In this document: positions 35,017 through 47,883 of the stretch, piece by piece
Position numbering within the stretch: position 1 is the first letter of the stretch
Layout: every line of letters begins with the position of its first letter
From: Mobula hypostoma
Lineage: Eukaryota
Assembly (NCBI RefSeq): GCF_963921235.1
Contig: NC_086097.1
Coordinates: 44,332,001 to 44,396,000, forward strand
DNA: 64,000 bases
Reading direction: 5' to 3'
Notes under the pieces: generated by a model
What the model was told of the DNA's origin: nothing
The model's input: only the letters and a program-made list of their open reading frames with translations
Database searches by the model: none
Translations under genes and position numbers: made by a program

Positions 35017-35918
35017 AACAGGAGAAAATCTGCAGATGCTGTAAATCTGAAGCAACCCACACAAAATGCTGGAGGAAATCAGCAGGCCAAGCAGTGCCTA
35101 TGGAAAAGAATAAACAGTCTATGTTTCAGGCTGAGACCTTTCATCGGGACTGGAACAAAGAGGGAAAGGAGTCAGACTAAGATGGTGGGGGGAGGGGAGG
35201 AAGAAGTACAAGGTGGTAGGTGGCATCCTCTCTCTCTGGCTATCCATCCCATAGGATAATGATGGTTCTTTTCAGTCAGTTAGTGGGGTTTAATATGTGC
35301 ATCCTGGAGTGGCTGTACAGGCCGATCCTTGATAGGCACTGCTTGCCACATGCTTGGCAGGTGAGGCCTGGAGGGGCAGCAGGGGCAGGAGCTCTGTGCA
35401 GTTGGGCTGACATCACCAGGGTTGAAACTGCTGGCATTCTGGCTCGAGAGAGGGCCTCGGTATTGGAGACCTTATCTCGTCAGGTGATCTTCATCAGAGA
35501 ACACAGGTGGTGCTGCTGCAGTTGGTCAAGCTGGCGTAAGAGTCTCTGATATGGGCACCATGTCTCACATCCGTATAACAAGGTTGATATGACAACAGCC
35601 CTGTATACCTTGCACTTGGTGGCCAACCTGATGTTCTTTGACCAAACTCGATCTTTCAGCTGACTAAAGGCAAAGCAGGCTTTTCTGGTTCTTGACTCAA
35701 TCTCTACATTCAGAGAAGCTGAGGATGTTATTATGGCGTAAAACAGGGTAGGTGACATACGAAACCAGGAGAGGGGGAGGGGGAGGGGTGAAGTAAAGAG
35801 CTGGGAAGTTGATAGGTGAAAGAGTTACTGGGCTAGAGAAGGGGTAATTTGATAGGAGAGGGCAGAAGACCATGGAAGAAAGGGAAGGGGGAGAACCACC
35901 AGAGGGAGGTGATGGGGC
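35017..35918 (-). mobile_element. Penelope 3' fragment interrupted by an RTE fragment (35227-35746)
   Basis: PLE tail motifs on both sides; insert encodes TKCKVYRAVVISTLLYGCETW; near-TSD ggtaggtg(g/a)cat. Confidence 0.75.
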
Positions 35919-36089
35919 AGCTAAAATTGCCTAAAATTGTGGTCTGTTGGTTCATAAGTGGTTCACTGAATCATATGTATAACTTAACAGGATCAAACAT
36001 TGTCCCTGTATCTGTGATTTTGTCATAGCCCAATTGAACTACAAAACTAGCATCTGGGTACTCAATCTAGTTTAAACTTCATATTTCTA

Positions 36090-36095
36090 TTTATT
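36090..36095 (-). promoter_or_regulatory. Candidate WDR25 polyadenylation signal
   Basis: AATAAA on minus ~185 nt after the stop codon. Confidence 0.35.
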
Positions 36096-36279
36096 ATGAG
36101 TTATAAAATATGAAGCCTATGACAGAATCAATAAGCACAATACTCTATGTACTAATGAAAATTAATTTAACTTCTTTGCTGGGAAAGAATATTTTTCCCC
36201 AATTCTAAGACAGAATAATGAACAATATTATTCACTCACACCTCAAGTTTACCTCCCACTTATGCTGTTTAACCGATCA

Positions 36280-36501
36280 TCACTGCCACAATTTGATTTC
36301 TCCACTCCAGTCAGAAGATGCGATAATAGATGGGTGCACGGGGTGAAATGAAACATCAACGCAGGCTTGCTTGTGGGCAGGCAGAGTATGGACCAGTTTT
36401 GAATTCAGATAGTTGTAAAAACATAATGTCCCATCGGAACTTCCTGAAGCTATTAGAGTTCCATCGCTTGAAAATTTGCAGCCCACTGCATAACCTTCCA
36501 C
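36280..36501 (-). CDS. WDR25: WDR25 last coding exon
   Basis: ttttgcag acceptor; VEGYAVGCKFSSDG..HKQACVDVSFHPVHPSIIASSDWSGEIKLWQ*. Confidence 0.93.
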   Translation of the reverse strand: MEGYAVGCKFSSDGTLIASGSSDGTLCFYNYLNSKLVHTLPAHKQACVDVSFHPVHPSIIASSDWSGEIKLWQ

Positions 36502-37629
36502 CTGCAAAATATTATGAAAATTTATTTACTACAAATTAAAATGATGTTCAGTGCAGAGCCTTTCACAATAAAGCTACATTTTGAAGCGAATTGTAAAATT
36601 TTACTCAAGTTTAGCATTGAGCAAAATAGTATAAACATTTAGGATGCTAGATCGTCTTCTCAGACAAACATCAATTCAGATCGGAAAGATAAAACCTTAA
36701 AGGTTAAACCTAATAGAAGCTGAACTTTTTTATATCCTCAGACAATTTTAGATGCTTTATCAATATCCTTTTCTTCATAAGGTAAGAATTATGATTGGAT
36801 CCTATTTATTAAGCTGTCTTCAGTCAACAAAAAAATAGAAAATAGGAAAAGTTGTATACCTATTTCAACATCCAAATGACCATTTTACCCTTTCTCATCA
36901 TTTCCCGTATCCTTTGATTCCTCTGTTGATAAAATTATATCTAGCACTTGTATGAATATATTTAATGACCTGGACTCCATGGTCTTCTGTGATTAAGATT
37001 GCCACAGTTTCATCAGCCCCTGGGTAGAGAAATTACTCCAAATCATGGTTCTAAATGGCATATCTCATATCCTGAGGCTATGACCTCTTTTAATGAACTC
37101 TCTATCAGCTAACAGAAATATCATCTCTGTATCTAGTGCTGTGAAAAATTTATAAATTTCTATGAAATAGTCTCTCATTCTTCTATACTCTGGTGATCAT
37201 TGGTCTAACTGCAGATATCACTCCTGCTGTTCCAGGAGTCAGTCTATTAAGTCGTAGTAAGTCTAAGAAGCTGCTGCAGGCCAGGTAGCATCTATGGAAC
37301 GAGATAAGAATTAATGCTCTAAGCTGAAGACCTTTCATTAGCACTTCTCATTGTTAATCTATTAATGTTTTGTTGCAATTTCACTGTGGCAAGAACAGCC
37401 TTCCTCACTTAAAATGATGAAAACTGCACACGGAAATCCAGATGGAGTCTCAGAAAGACCATACACACAAGTAGCAAGAATTCCTTGTTCCTATACTCAA
37501 ATCATTTTTAAAAATCATTTACAAAATACATTTTGCCTTCTTAACTAGTTGTTGCATTTGAATTCTTAATTTCAGTACTAGTATACCAGGACACCTAGGT
37601 CTTGTTCCATCTCCCCTTTTCCTAAGATC

Positions 37630-39715
37630 AAGATCAAGATTCAAGATTGCTGAAATGTCAATTTCTGGTACAGAAGTGTAACGGAGAACAAAATAATTGT
37701 TACTCCAGATCTGATGCATCACTAAAACAATAAGATAAGGAACACAATAATTTAAAAATACAAAATAAATAAGAACACATAAGATAGCTTGCTTATATAT
37801 ATACTGTACATTGATTGTATGTCCATAAAGCGATGCTAGGCACAGGAGAGTTTGTGCACAAGTTGATTCTAGCAGAAAATGATAAAGTAGTGGTGTTGGG
37901 GGTGTGGAGGTACTAATCAGCCTTACTGCTTGGAGAAAGTAACTTTTTTTTTAATCTGATGGTCCTAGCGTAGATGCTATGTAGCCTCCTCCCTGAAGGG
38001 AGAGGAACAAACAGGCCATTATCAGAGTGGGTGAGATCCTTCATGATGTTACTGGCCCTTATCCAGCACCTTTCTGTATAGATGTCCTTCATGGCATAGT
38101 AGGCTGGTGTTGGTGATGCGTTGGGCAATTCTGACTACCCGTCCTAGATCCTCCCTGTCTGCCAGTGCAGCTTCCATACCAAGCAGTGACGCAGTATATT
38201 GGGATGCTCTCTACTGTGCATTTGTAGAAGGCCGGGAGTATAGATGTACGTAGTCCAGCTCTCTTCAGGTTCCCCAGAAAGTAGAGGCAGTGGTGAGCTT
38301 TCCTGATTATGTAGAATGTGTTCTGGGACCAAGAGAGGTTGTGCGAGATGTGCACTCCCAGGAGTTTGAAAATGCTGGCAGTTTTCACTGCTGAGCCACC
38401 AATGTGAAGGGAAGTGTGAGTGAGTTCTCCTGCAGTCAATGACCATCTCCTTTGTCTTAATGACTTTGAGGAAGACGTTATTTGCCAGGCATCAGACCTT
38501 GAGCTCTTCCACCTCCTTTCTGTAGACCATCTCATCCTTGTTGGTGATGTGTCCCACCACTGTTGTGTCATCGGCAAACTTAATAATGTGATTCTCAGGC
38601 ATTTGGCAAGTGTGTGTGAGTAGAGTGTAGAGGGCTCAGTACACAGCTGTGGGGGACACTCATGTTGAGGATGATGGGAGGGAAGAGCTGTTGTGGATCT
38701 TGACTATCCAAGATCTACTGAGGTCTGTTGGTTAGGAAGTCCAACACCAAGTTGCAGAGTTGTGTATTTAGACTGAGGAGTAGGAGTTTGTTCACCAAGA
38801 TCTGTGGGACAATAGTGTTAAATGCTGAAGAGAAATCTGACACGAGTGTCCTTGTTTTCTAGGTGTGTCAGGGCCAAGTGAATGACAGATACTATGGAGC
38901 ATTTCTATCGATAAGGATGTTGAAGAGTGTCAAGTGTGGGAGAAGTGTTGACATATGCAATATCCAGCCGTTCAAGGCACTTCAGGATGATAGGTGTCAG
39001 TGCCACCGGACAGTAGTCATTCAGTCCTGAAGGTGTGGAGTTCTTTGGTACAGGAATGATGGTGGCTGATTTGAAGCATGTGGGGACAGCAGCCTGGATG
39101 AGTGAGTGTTGAAGATGTCAGTGAGCTGGTGTGCATACTCCTAGTGCTCAGAAATAAGAGAAAATCTACAGATGCTGGAAATCTAAGCAACACACACGAA
39201 ATGCTGGAGGAACTCAGCAGGCCTGCTGAAAATTCTCAACTGTACTCTTTTCCATAGATGCTGCCTGGCCCGCTGAGTTCCTCCAGTATTTTGTGTGTCT
39301 TCCCTGAGAACTCAGCCTGGGATGTTGTCTGGCCCAGTCGCCTTACACAGGTTGACTCTCTGCAGAGTCCTCCTCACAGCTGCTGCTGCCACAGATAGTG
39401 GCTGCACACCTGGGAGGGAGGCAGCTTTAGTGGCTGGCACTGTGTTCCATGCCTTGAAGCACGCATAAAAATTGGACTGTGAGATGACTGTTCTTGAGGT
39501 ACCAACATTGTCTGCACACTTACAGATGCAACCAGTGACAGATGAGGCATACTCCTTGAGGTCTGTGTCTTTTCCGTTTGTGGCAGCGTCCTTGAACGTC
39601 TGCCAGTTAGGCTGTTCAAAACAGTCCTGAAGCATAGAGATTTCCTCATTAGGCCATACAGTGATGGTCCTCATGACTGTTTTCTCCATTTTCAGCAGTG
39701 GTCATTATGCTAGGA
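37630..39715 (-). mobile_element. Rex1/Babar LINE (degraded)
   Basis: KATGPDNIPG, FKLLGVHI..LSW, LYFL..LK, LPSGRR on the minus strand; inverted PLE piece inserted at ~39150-39300. Confidence 0.8.
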
Positions 39716-40109
39716 TTGAGATTATTGAAATGTGATCAGAGAGGACCAGATAAGGGCGTGGGATGGATGACTTTTGTAAATATTGTGTTTCCTAATAATC
39801 ACTGCTCAGATAATAAGCTTTTTGTTTTTAGTATCACATTGGATAACCTCACATTTATCTGTGATGAAACATCCAGTAATGAAACAGTCCATATCTGCTG
39901 CAACAGCTAAACAACACTTAGGAATGAGTAAGTAAACAGCATTTGTAACACTTTAAGTGTCAGCCATTGGTCACCTCCAGTCAGAGAACAAATCAACAGC
40001 ATGGATGTAGAGATGGCACATTGGTTAAAACTTGGGAACACAAAGGGCCTGGATAAACAACTCAGAGACCAAGAGTTCAAATGCCACCAGGACAGCTCTG
40101 GGATTTAAA

Positions 40110-41911
40110 TTCACCATGGATGTTCTGTCCTTATATACTTCCATCCTCCATCAGGAAGGTCTCAAAGCTCTACGCTTCTTTTTGGATTCCAGACCTAATC
40201 AGTTCCCCTCTACCACCACTCTGCTCCGTCTAGCGGAATTAGTCCTTACTCTTAATAATTTCTCCTTTGGCTCCTCCCATTTCCTCCAAACTAAAGGTGT
40301 AGCTATGGGCACCCGTATGGGTCCTAGCTATGCCTGCCTTTTTGTTGGGTTTGTGGAACAATCTATGTTCCGTGCCTATTCTGGTATCTGTCCCCCACTT
40401 TTCCTTCGCTACATCGACGACTGCATTGGCGCTGCTTCCTGCAGGCATGCAGAACTCGTTGACTTTATTAACTTTGCCTCCAACTTTCACCCTGCCCTCA
40501 AGTTTACCTGGTCCATTTCCGACACCTCCCTCCCCTTTCTAGATCTTTCTGTCTCTGTCTCTGTCTCTGGAGACAGCTTATCCACTGATGTCTACTATAA
40601 GCCTACTGACTCTCACAGCTATCTGGACTATTCCTCTTCTCACCCTGTCTCTTGCAAAAACGCCATCCCCTTCTCGCAATTCCTCCGTCTCCGCCGCATC
40701 TGCTCTCAGGATGAGGCTTTTCATTCTAGGACGAGGGAGATGTCTTCTTTTTTTAAAGAAAGGGGCTTCTCTTCCTCCACTATCAACTCTGCTCTTAAAC
40801 GCATCTCCCCCATTTCACGTACATCTGCTCTCACTCCATCCTCCCACCACCCCACTAGGAATAGGGTTCCCCTGGTCCTCACCTACCACCCCACCAGCCT
40901 CCGGGTCCAACATATTATTCTCCGTAACTTCCGCCACCTCCAACGGGATCCCACCACTAAGCACATCTTTCCCTCCCCCCTCTCTCTGCATTCCGCAGGG
41001 ATCGCTCCCTACACAACTCCCTTGTCCATTCGTCCCCCCCATCCCTCCCCACTGATCTCCCTCCTGGCACTTATCCGTGTAAGCGGAACAAGTGCTACAC
41101 ATGCCCTTACACTTCCTCCCTTACCACCATTCAGGGCCCCAAATAGTCCTTCCAGGTGAGGCATCACTTCACCTGTGAGTCGACTGGGGTGATATACTGC
41201 ATCCGGTGCTCCCGATGTGGCCTTTTATATATTGGTGAGACCCGACGCAGACTGGGAGACCGCTTTGCTGAACATCTACGCTCTGTCCGCCAGAGAAAGC
41301 AGAATCTCCCAGTGGCCACACATTTTAATTCCACATCCCATTCCCATTCTGACATGTCTATCCACGGCCTCCTCTACTGTAAAGATGAAGCCACACTCAG
41401 GTTGGAGGAACAACATCTTATATTCTGTCTGGGTAGCCTCCAACCTGATGGCATGAACATCGACTTCTCTAACTTCCGCTAAGGCCCCACCTCCCCCTCG
41501 TACCCCATCTGTTACTCATTTTTATGCACACGTTCTTTCTCTCACTCTCCTTTTTCTCCCTCTGTCCCTCTGAATATACCTCTTGCCCATCCTCTGGGTC
41601 ACCCCCCCCCCCGTCTTTCTTCCCGGACCTCCTGTCCCATGATCCTCTCGTATCCCCTTTTGCCTATCACCTGTCCAGCTCTTGGCTCTATCCCTCCCCC
41701 TCCTGTCTTCTCCTATCATTTTGGATCTCCCCCTCCCCCTCCAACTTTCAAATCCCTTACTCACTCTTCCTTCAGTTAGTCCTGACGAAGGGTCTCGGCC
41801 TGAAACGTCGACTGCACCTCTTCCTATAGATGCTGCTTGGCCTGCTGCGTTCACCAGCAACTTTGATGTATGTTGCTTGAATTTCCAGCATCTGCAGAAT
41901 TCCTGTTGTTT
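40110..41911 (+). mobile_element. Penelope-like element, 5'-truncated (RT + GIY-YIG endonuclease), one frameshift (~40980) and a stop at 41144
   Basis: MDV.SLYTSI, QTKGVAMG, RYIDD; VIYCIRC..CGLLYIGET.R.L..RF.EH; 3' tail contains a hammerhead. Confidence 0.93.
41778..41813 (+). ncRNA. Minimal type I hammerhead ribozyme
   Basis: Stem I AGUC/GACU, core CUGACGA, stem II AGG/CCU, GAAA, palindromic ACGU minimal stem III, GUC cleavage triplet ending at 41809. Confidence 0.85.
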
Positions 41912-43233
41912 ATGTTGTTTTAAAGCCGGGCTGGTTCACTGTTGCCCTAGGGGCTGCAGAGATAAGTGCCATTGTGGAGCCCCTTCTAAATCTCTTTCCT
42001 ATCTCCCTAAGTTCTGCTTGAAGAACTTCGCCTCCTTTACTGCAGCCATTAAGTAATGAATTTCATTCCAGCACCAAAGAAACAACAAACTATGCTGAAA
42101 CCATCTTTGCATACACAGAAATGCCTGTTCACTCCTCCATTTATAGAATTCCTTTTTACTGTTGCTTTCTTTCCGTATTGCTGAGCCACCAGTGCTGCTA
42201 TGGTCTTGACTTTGGCACTGCTCCCCAGGGGCACCTTCTCCCTCATCAGCAATCAGAATACTGATAAGAGAACAAATTCCCTCATAGGCCTCTTGAATCT
42301 TCTGCTTGCTCTTATTTTGGTTTATCTGGCAATTGCCCATACAGAGATTAAAGCTAGCCGCTATAAGCCAGTACCATGCACATCATTAATAAGTAAGTCA
42401 GCAAACATTAGCAAGTAAAAACTATGTGGAAGGAACAAACTGGTAAGAAGCTTACATGATTGAAATTTAAATACTTTTATCTCTACACACAATCCCTCTT
42501 GAGCTGCCAGAAGATCATCTCCAAAACGCTTTATGTGCAAAGTTCAAATTACATTCATTATCAAGGTGTATATATATATATACACAAGCTTGAAATTTGT
42601 CTTATAGGCTGCCACTAGAGAAAGAAACACAATAGAACACATTAAAAACCTACACAACAAAGACCATCAAACTCCCAATGTGCAAAAAGGAACCGCTGCT
42701 GGATTTGAGCAGCTGCTTTCGGAGATGTTATTGAAATTCTGGGATTTATGGATTGGACTGTAATTCAAACTAACTATAGTTCATATCGGCCTCTTTCAGT
42801 TCTACGTTTTCTTGTGTTTTCGTACATTCTTTCTTGTTGTAAATTGGTGGTCTGGAGGTTTGGGGTTTGATGTTCTTTTTGCTGTTTCTCCTTGTGGGCA
42901 ATCTGTTAGTTTTTTATGTGTGTGAGAGAGGGGGTTGGGGATTTGATGTTATTGTCACCGTTGCTTCCTTGTGGATGATAGGTTAGTTTTTTTTTGCAAG
43001 GGAGGGGGTTTATGTTTTCTTTTCTTGTGGTGGGATGGGGTTGATGTCTTTTCTTTCCACGACATCTATAGTTTTTCTCTATTTCATGGCTATTTTCTCA
43101 GAGTTTTATTCTGCATGCATACTTTGATAATAAAATGTAACTTTTGAACCTTTGAAAAAAATAAATTGTGCAAACAATGAAAAGTAAACAAATAACACAT
43201 AGAACATAAGTTGCAACGTTCCCGTAAGTGAGT

Positions 43234-43503
43234 CCACAGCCCCTGAGCCAGGTCAGCACTGAGGTGTGAAACCAGTCCAGAAGCCCGATGACTGTAGGCC
43301 ACAGTCCCTGAGCCAGGTCAGCATTGAGGTGTGTGAAACCAATCCAGAAGCCCGATTACTGTAGGCCACAGTCCCTGAGCCAGGTCAGCATTGAGGTGTG
43401 TGAAACCAATCCAGAAGCCCGATTACTGTAGGCCACAGTCCCTGAGCCAGGTCAGCACTGGTGTGTGAAACCAGTCCAGAAGTCCAATGGCAGAAGGCCA
43501 CAG
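43234..43503. repeat. Minisatellite, 4 copies of a 65-67 bp unit
   Basis: ccacagtccctgagccaggtcagca..ctgtagg units start at 43234, 43299, 43366, 43433. Confidence 0.9.
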
Positions 43504-44212
43504 CCATGCAGTGCATTGATCACATTCCAGAAAAAGTGTAATTAATAGAATAGTTAGTAGTTCATTTGCTGCCTGTAAAGTGTTGCTTTGTCTCACCAGC
43601 ACCATCTTTGAATGAAGCACCCAGTCTCACAAGGAACAGCAGCAAAGTCCGCTGTTGCTCAAAGCCTAAACATAAGGTCCTACATATTTAGATATTTCCC
43701 TCATGTATGGTTGTCCAGATAGAAGATGCGCCCTGGATTTCTACATGGCTCTACCATGTCACATTCTACTTAAATAAACTCACTAAGCAGGGAACTAGAA
43801 TGATTTAAATATAAAGCTACACCATTGCTTCTTTCTCACTGGGGTCCCACACAGAGACCACTTAACATGGTGGAAACTGCAAATGAGCTGTAAAATACAA
43901 CAAATTATTTGAAAAGCTTTCAGATGGATGCACTATTCAATAAACAAGCTTAATACGGTGCATCTGTTAAATGATATGCTAAATCTCAGCTTGTTACATT
44001 TCTAGGTGGATTTTACAAAGAAATCAAAGAGACTTTCCTGAAGAGAACAAACATTTATATTCAGCAACAAACACAAAATGCAGGAGAAACTCAGCAGATC
44101 AGTTAGCATGGATGGAAAAGAGTAAAGAGTCGAAGTTTCTGGCTTAGACCCTTCTTCAGGATATTTATGTTCATTGGTCCTGCTTTAGTAGTAGAATAAT
44201 CTATTAAAATAC

Positions 44213-44353
44213 CTTATGCCCTTCGTATCGTTTCCTTTTGTTCATCCTGTAAGGTCTCTGAGTAGAAAACAGCACCATGTAGTTGCCATTAGTTTGAGCA
44301 ACAAAGACAGGTTCTTTGGGATGGAGAGCCATGCATGGAATGGTGTATCGTTC
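44213..44353 (-). CDS. WDR25: WDR25 coding exon (141 nt)
   Basis: AG/GT boundaries; [47 protein letters not shown]. Confidence 0.93.
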
Positions 44354-44610
44354 CTATGGAGAAGGAAGGAGTTATCAGATCTTTAAATCCCATGAAAATT
44401 CACAACAAAAATGCCTCAAAATATTTTGGCAATGAAGTAAAGACCTCAATGCGATTTCCTTCAGGGACTTTGCAATTTAACTGCTTTCAGCAATAAACAT
44501 TACTGCCAAAGATATCCCACTGGTCACATTCCAACAAATGAGCTCAGTCATGATTGAAAATGGCAGTAAATATGTACAAAATTATCTAGTGCTTTCTCGG
44601 CGTGTATGAC

Positions 44611-44788
44611 AAATAAACTCTTCTTGGGCTTCTAGCCAAGTACAGGTATTGATTATAACCAACGTTTTGATGACAAACTTTGCCATCTTCATCAGGGATG
44701 ATGCCTGGGCATGTCTAGTCTGGTGGTATTAAAAATGTCAGTTAAAAGCGATACTGGTACCTGGCTGGAAGCCTGATAAGAGTTTATT
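44611..44788 (-). mobile_element. Second Penelope-type terminal fragment with inverted arms and a degenerate hammerhead
   Basis: ~40-bp inverted arms (44611-44651, 44749-44788); minus strand CUGAUGA-A-GAUGGC/GUCAUC-AAAA-CG-UU. Confidence 0.6.
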
Positions 44789-45460
44789 AGTAAATACGTA
44801 GAGAGTAGCAGGCCATGCATATAATTACAAAATGTACAGAACAAATAATTCATTAAAACTTTTTGGCAAAGTTAAAGTTGTTGAGTTTTTGTTTTTACAC
44901 CAAGCTACTCAAATCATACAGCAACCCAGGATGATATGTAATTCGGTCGAGGCAGGTTCAATGTTGTCATTTAAAGTTAAATTAGATAGATATATGGACA
45001 GGAAAGGAATGGAGGGTTATAGGCTGAGTGCAGGTTGGTGGGACTAAGTGAGAGTAAGAGTTCAGCATGGACTAGAAGGGCCGAGATGGCCTGTTTCTGT
45101 GCTGTAATTGTTATATGATTATAAGTTAGCTCATCCTCACAAGTTACTGTGCAACTCGCACTAAAAGAGACTTAATTTTGTTACAAAATTTTGGCTGCTG
45201 TATTTTGCTAGCAATAATTTGTGTTATCCTTTGCTGTACTAGAAAAAAGCATTACAGAAATAATGAATTTCAAAGTGCATCAAAAGATTAAAATGACACA
45301 AATGAAAAAATGTTGTTGTACGATAAGAAGTAGTTATTAGGCAATTAAAAAGGGGCACCATAGATTTTCTAAAATTTAATTATACAGTGAGAATGAACTC
45401 AAAACATTTGACACAAGTATTCTCAATGAATAAATAAAAATGTGTATTTGTCATACTCAC

Positions 45461-45631
45461 ATGGAATATTTGATTGGATATTCGAGCAGAAGTCTGGAAA
45501 TCCCAGGCTATGATTGTACGGTCTGCTGAGTCTCTGCTGACAGCATCTGTACTGGTAAGAAATTCATTTCCTCCTGGAAGGAAAAGAATGTCGAGTGTTT
45601 GCTGTATTCCAGCATTGTAGTCATTCACCAC
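45461..45631 (-). CDS. WDR25: WDR25 coding exon (171 nt)
   Basis: ttccag/gtgagt; [44 protein letters not shown]. Confidence 0.95.
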
Positions 45632-45971
45632 CTGGAATGAAATAGAAATACAATTACAGTGACAAAAAGTCTTTGTCCCTTTACACAAGAAGATTTTTAA
45701 TAAAAAGCTCTGTTTTGCAAGTATTAGTCACAATTTAAGCCCGACTTTCAACACATGTGCTTTTATAATTTTGATCATCTCACTCTCAACTGAATCCAAA
45801 ACCAATTTCCAAATGTAAACATTGTCTGCTGAACCAATACAAACTGAATTACAGGAGAAAAGTTGGAACATGTTAGCTTTTTTTATTTTGGCTGATAAAT
45901 TAGCGGTTTAATACTTTAAATTCTAATGCCTTTGTCATTTATATTGCTGTTCTGCTGAAGAATTAAATGCA

Positions 45972-46455
45972 TTGTAGAAAGGGAGCAGAGGAAATTTACA
46001 AGGACATTGCCTGGATTGGTTAGCATGCCTTATGAGAATAGGTTGAGTGAAATTGACCTTTTCTCCTTGGAGCAATGGAGGATGGGAGGTGACCTGATAG
46101 AGGTGTACAAGATAATGAGAGGCATTGATTGTGTGGATAGCCAGAGGCTTTTTCCCAGGGCTGAAATGGCTAGCACGAGAGAGCATAGTTTTAAGGTGCT
46201 TGGAGGTAGGTACAGAGGAGATGTCAGGGGTAAGTTTTTTTTTACGCAGAGTGGTGAATGCGTGGAATGGGCTGCCGGCGGCAGCGGTGGAGACGGAGAT
46301 GATAGGGTCTTTTAAGAGACTCCTGGATGGATACATGGAGCTTAGAAAAATAGAGGGCTATGGGTAAGCCTAGGTAGTTCTAAGGTAAGGACATGTTCGG
46401 CACAGCTTTGTGGGCCGAAGAGCCTGTATTGTGCTGTAGGTTTTCTATGTTTCTA
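45972..46455 (+). mobile_element. CR1 3' fragment, same family as 30554-33275
   Basis: High similarity to 32790-33275. Confidence 0.85.
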
Positions 46456-46508
46456 ATTCAGCTTACTTCAGGTCAAAAATATATATCAATAATAAGATAT
46501 TACCAAAC

Positions 46509-46639
46509 CTTGCAACTTCTTGTATCCCATGCTCTCACTGTTGAGCTGAAACCTCCACTCAAGAAGACATTTTGATTTGTAGGACTGAACGCCAAGCAAG
46601 TGATTTGAAATTCATTACAAAAACTGTTGACTTGTTTAC
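46509..46639 (-). CDS. WDR25: WDR25 coding exon (131 nt, phase 1-0)
   Basis: acacag/gt; GKQVNSFCNEFQITCLAFSPTNQNVFLSGGFSSTVRAWDTRSCK. Confidence 0.9.
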
Positions 46640-47251
46640 CTGTGTCAAGAAAAGTGAGATTTTAAGTTACCAAGCTGCCTGACGATCTTTAAGTTTTGAC
46701 ATTTTGAAATGACAAACAATACATTATCTATTTAGATTAAAGCAAAGGTTTATTTTATTCTTATGTTTCCTGATGATTGAATAGGTAAATATACCATGTT
46801 TCCTGGGTACTGAAAAGACTAGGTGATATAGTAGAAGCTGTCATTCTGTTTGCATTAACATATCTAATGTTATTGGGCAGAAATGAATGGAGTTTACATA
46901 AATACCAAGACTTCCACTTATCATCATTTGATGATCTATACTGCTAAGTAGGGAGATGGGGTTTAGTGGTGACATTCCTTGAGTAAGTAACTTTTTTGTG
47001 TTGAACCTTACGATGACAAATAAGAGATCTTCCCAATTCTATGAACTGTATGTCAAATGATTCATCAGGAAATATTCTGGAACAATGCTTGTGAGAACAT
47101 GCTTGGAACATCAATATCTGTAGAAAGAGAAAGAAACTTAAACCTTTCAAATCAAAGAGCCTTAATTAGAACTGGGAAAGTGAGAAAAGTTCATTTTAAG
47201 CTACAGAGTGAATAGTTAAAAGGTGGATAGGACATGGGAAATATCTCTGGT

Positions 47252-47287
47252 AGTCCTGACGAAGGGTCTCGGCCTGAAACGTCGACT
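47252..47287 (+). ncRNA. Minimal type I hammerhead ribozyme
   Basis: Identical 36-nt motif to 41778-41813. Confidence 0.85.
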
Positions 47288-47382
47288 GCGCCTCTTCCTA
47301 TAGATGCTGCTTGGCCTGCTGCGTTCACCAGCAACTTTGATGTATGTTGCTTGAATTTCCAGCATCTGCAGAATTCCTGTTG
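47254..47382 (+). mobile_element. Short Penelope-derived hammerhead insertion
   Basis: 8-bp TSD tctggtag at 47246-47253 and 47383-47390; nearly identical to the PLE 3' end. Confidence 0.9.
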
Positions 47383-47883
47383 TCTGGTAGGCTAGAACTA
47401 GCTTTGTTTAATGTTCCACAGTGTTTACAAAGTGGTCTAGTCATCAGATTAATGAGAAACAGAGAGAAGACAAAGAGAGGTGATAAAACTGTGAAATGCA
47501 AGTCAGTTCCATTGCTCAAACCTGAAATCAATGTCTGTAATGTATGCTCCCATGAATTAAAGCTATTTTTCCTCCTGCTGGAATTGTAATTATTTTGTAA
47601 ATCTGCCCACCCAAAATATTCAGTTCCTGTTACCTGTACTGGATAAGCACAGTTTAAAAACTGAGCCTAAGCACAGTCTGTGGGAAATACCTCTTTGCTT
47701 CCTTTGTCCCTACTCTCTTTGATCCAAGAGATTAAGGAGATAGACTGGAGATACCACAATTTTCCACATGGATTAAAGACCTTGGGGAAGATTTAAGCTA
47801 TCTAAAGTGGATAGAAAGTAAATATGCTTTATTAATAACTAACATGGAAAACAATTGTCATTGTACATTTATGGAACATATAT

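Noticed and set aside
43234..43503. CRISPR-like array
   Set aside because: Units are contiguous without unique spacers, there are no cas genes, and the context is a vertebrate intron
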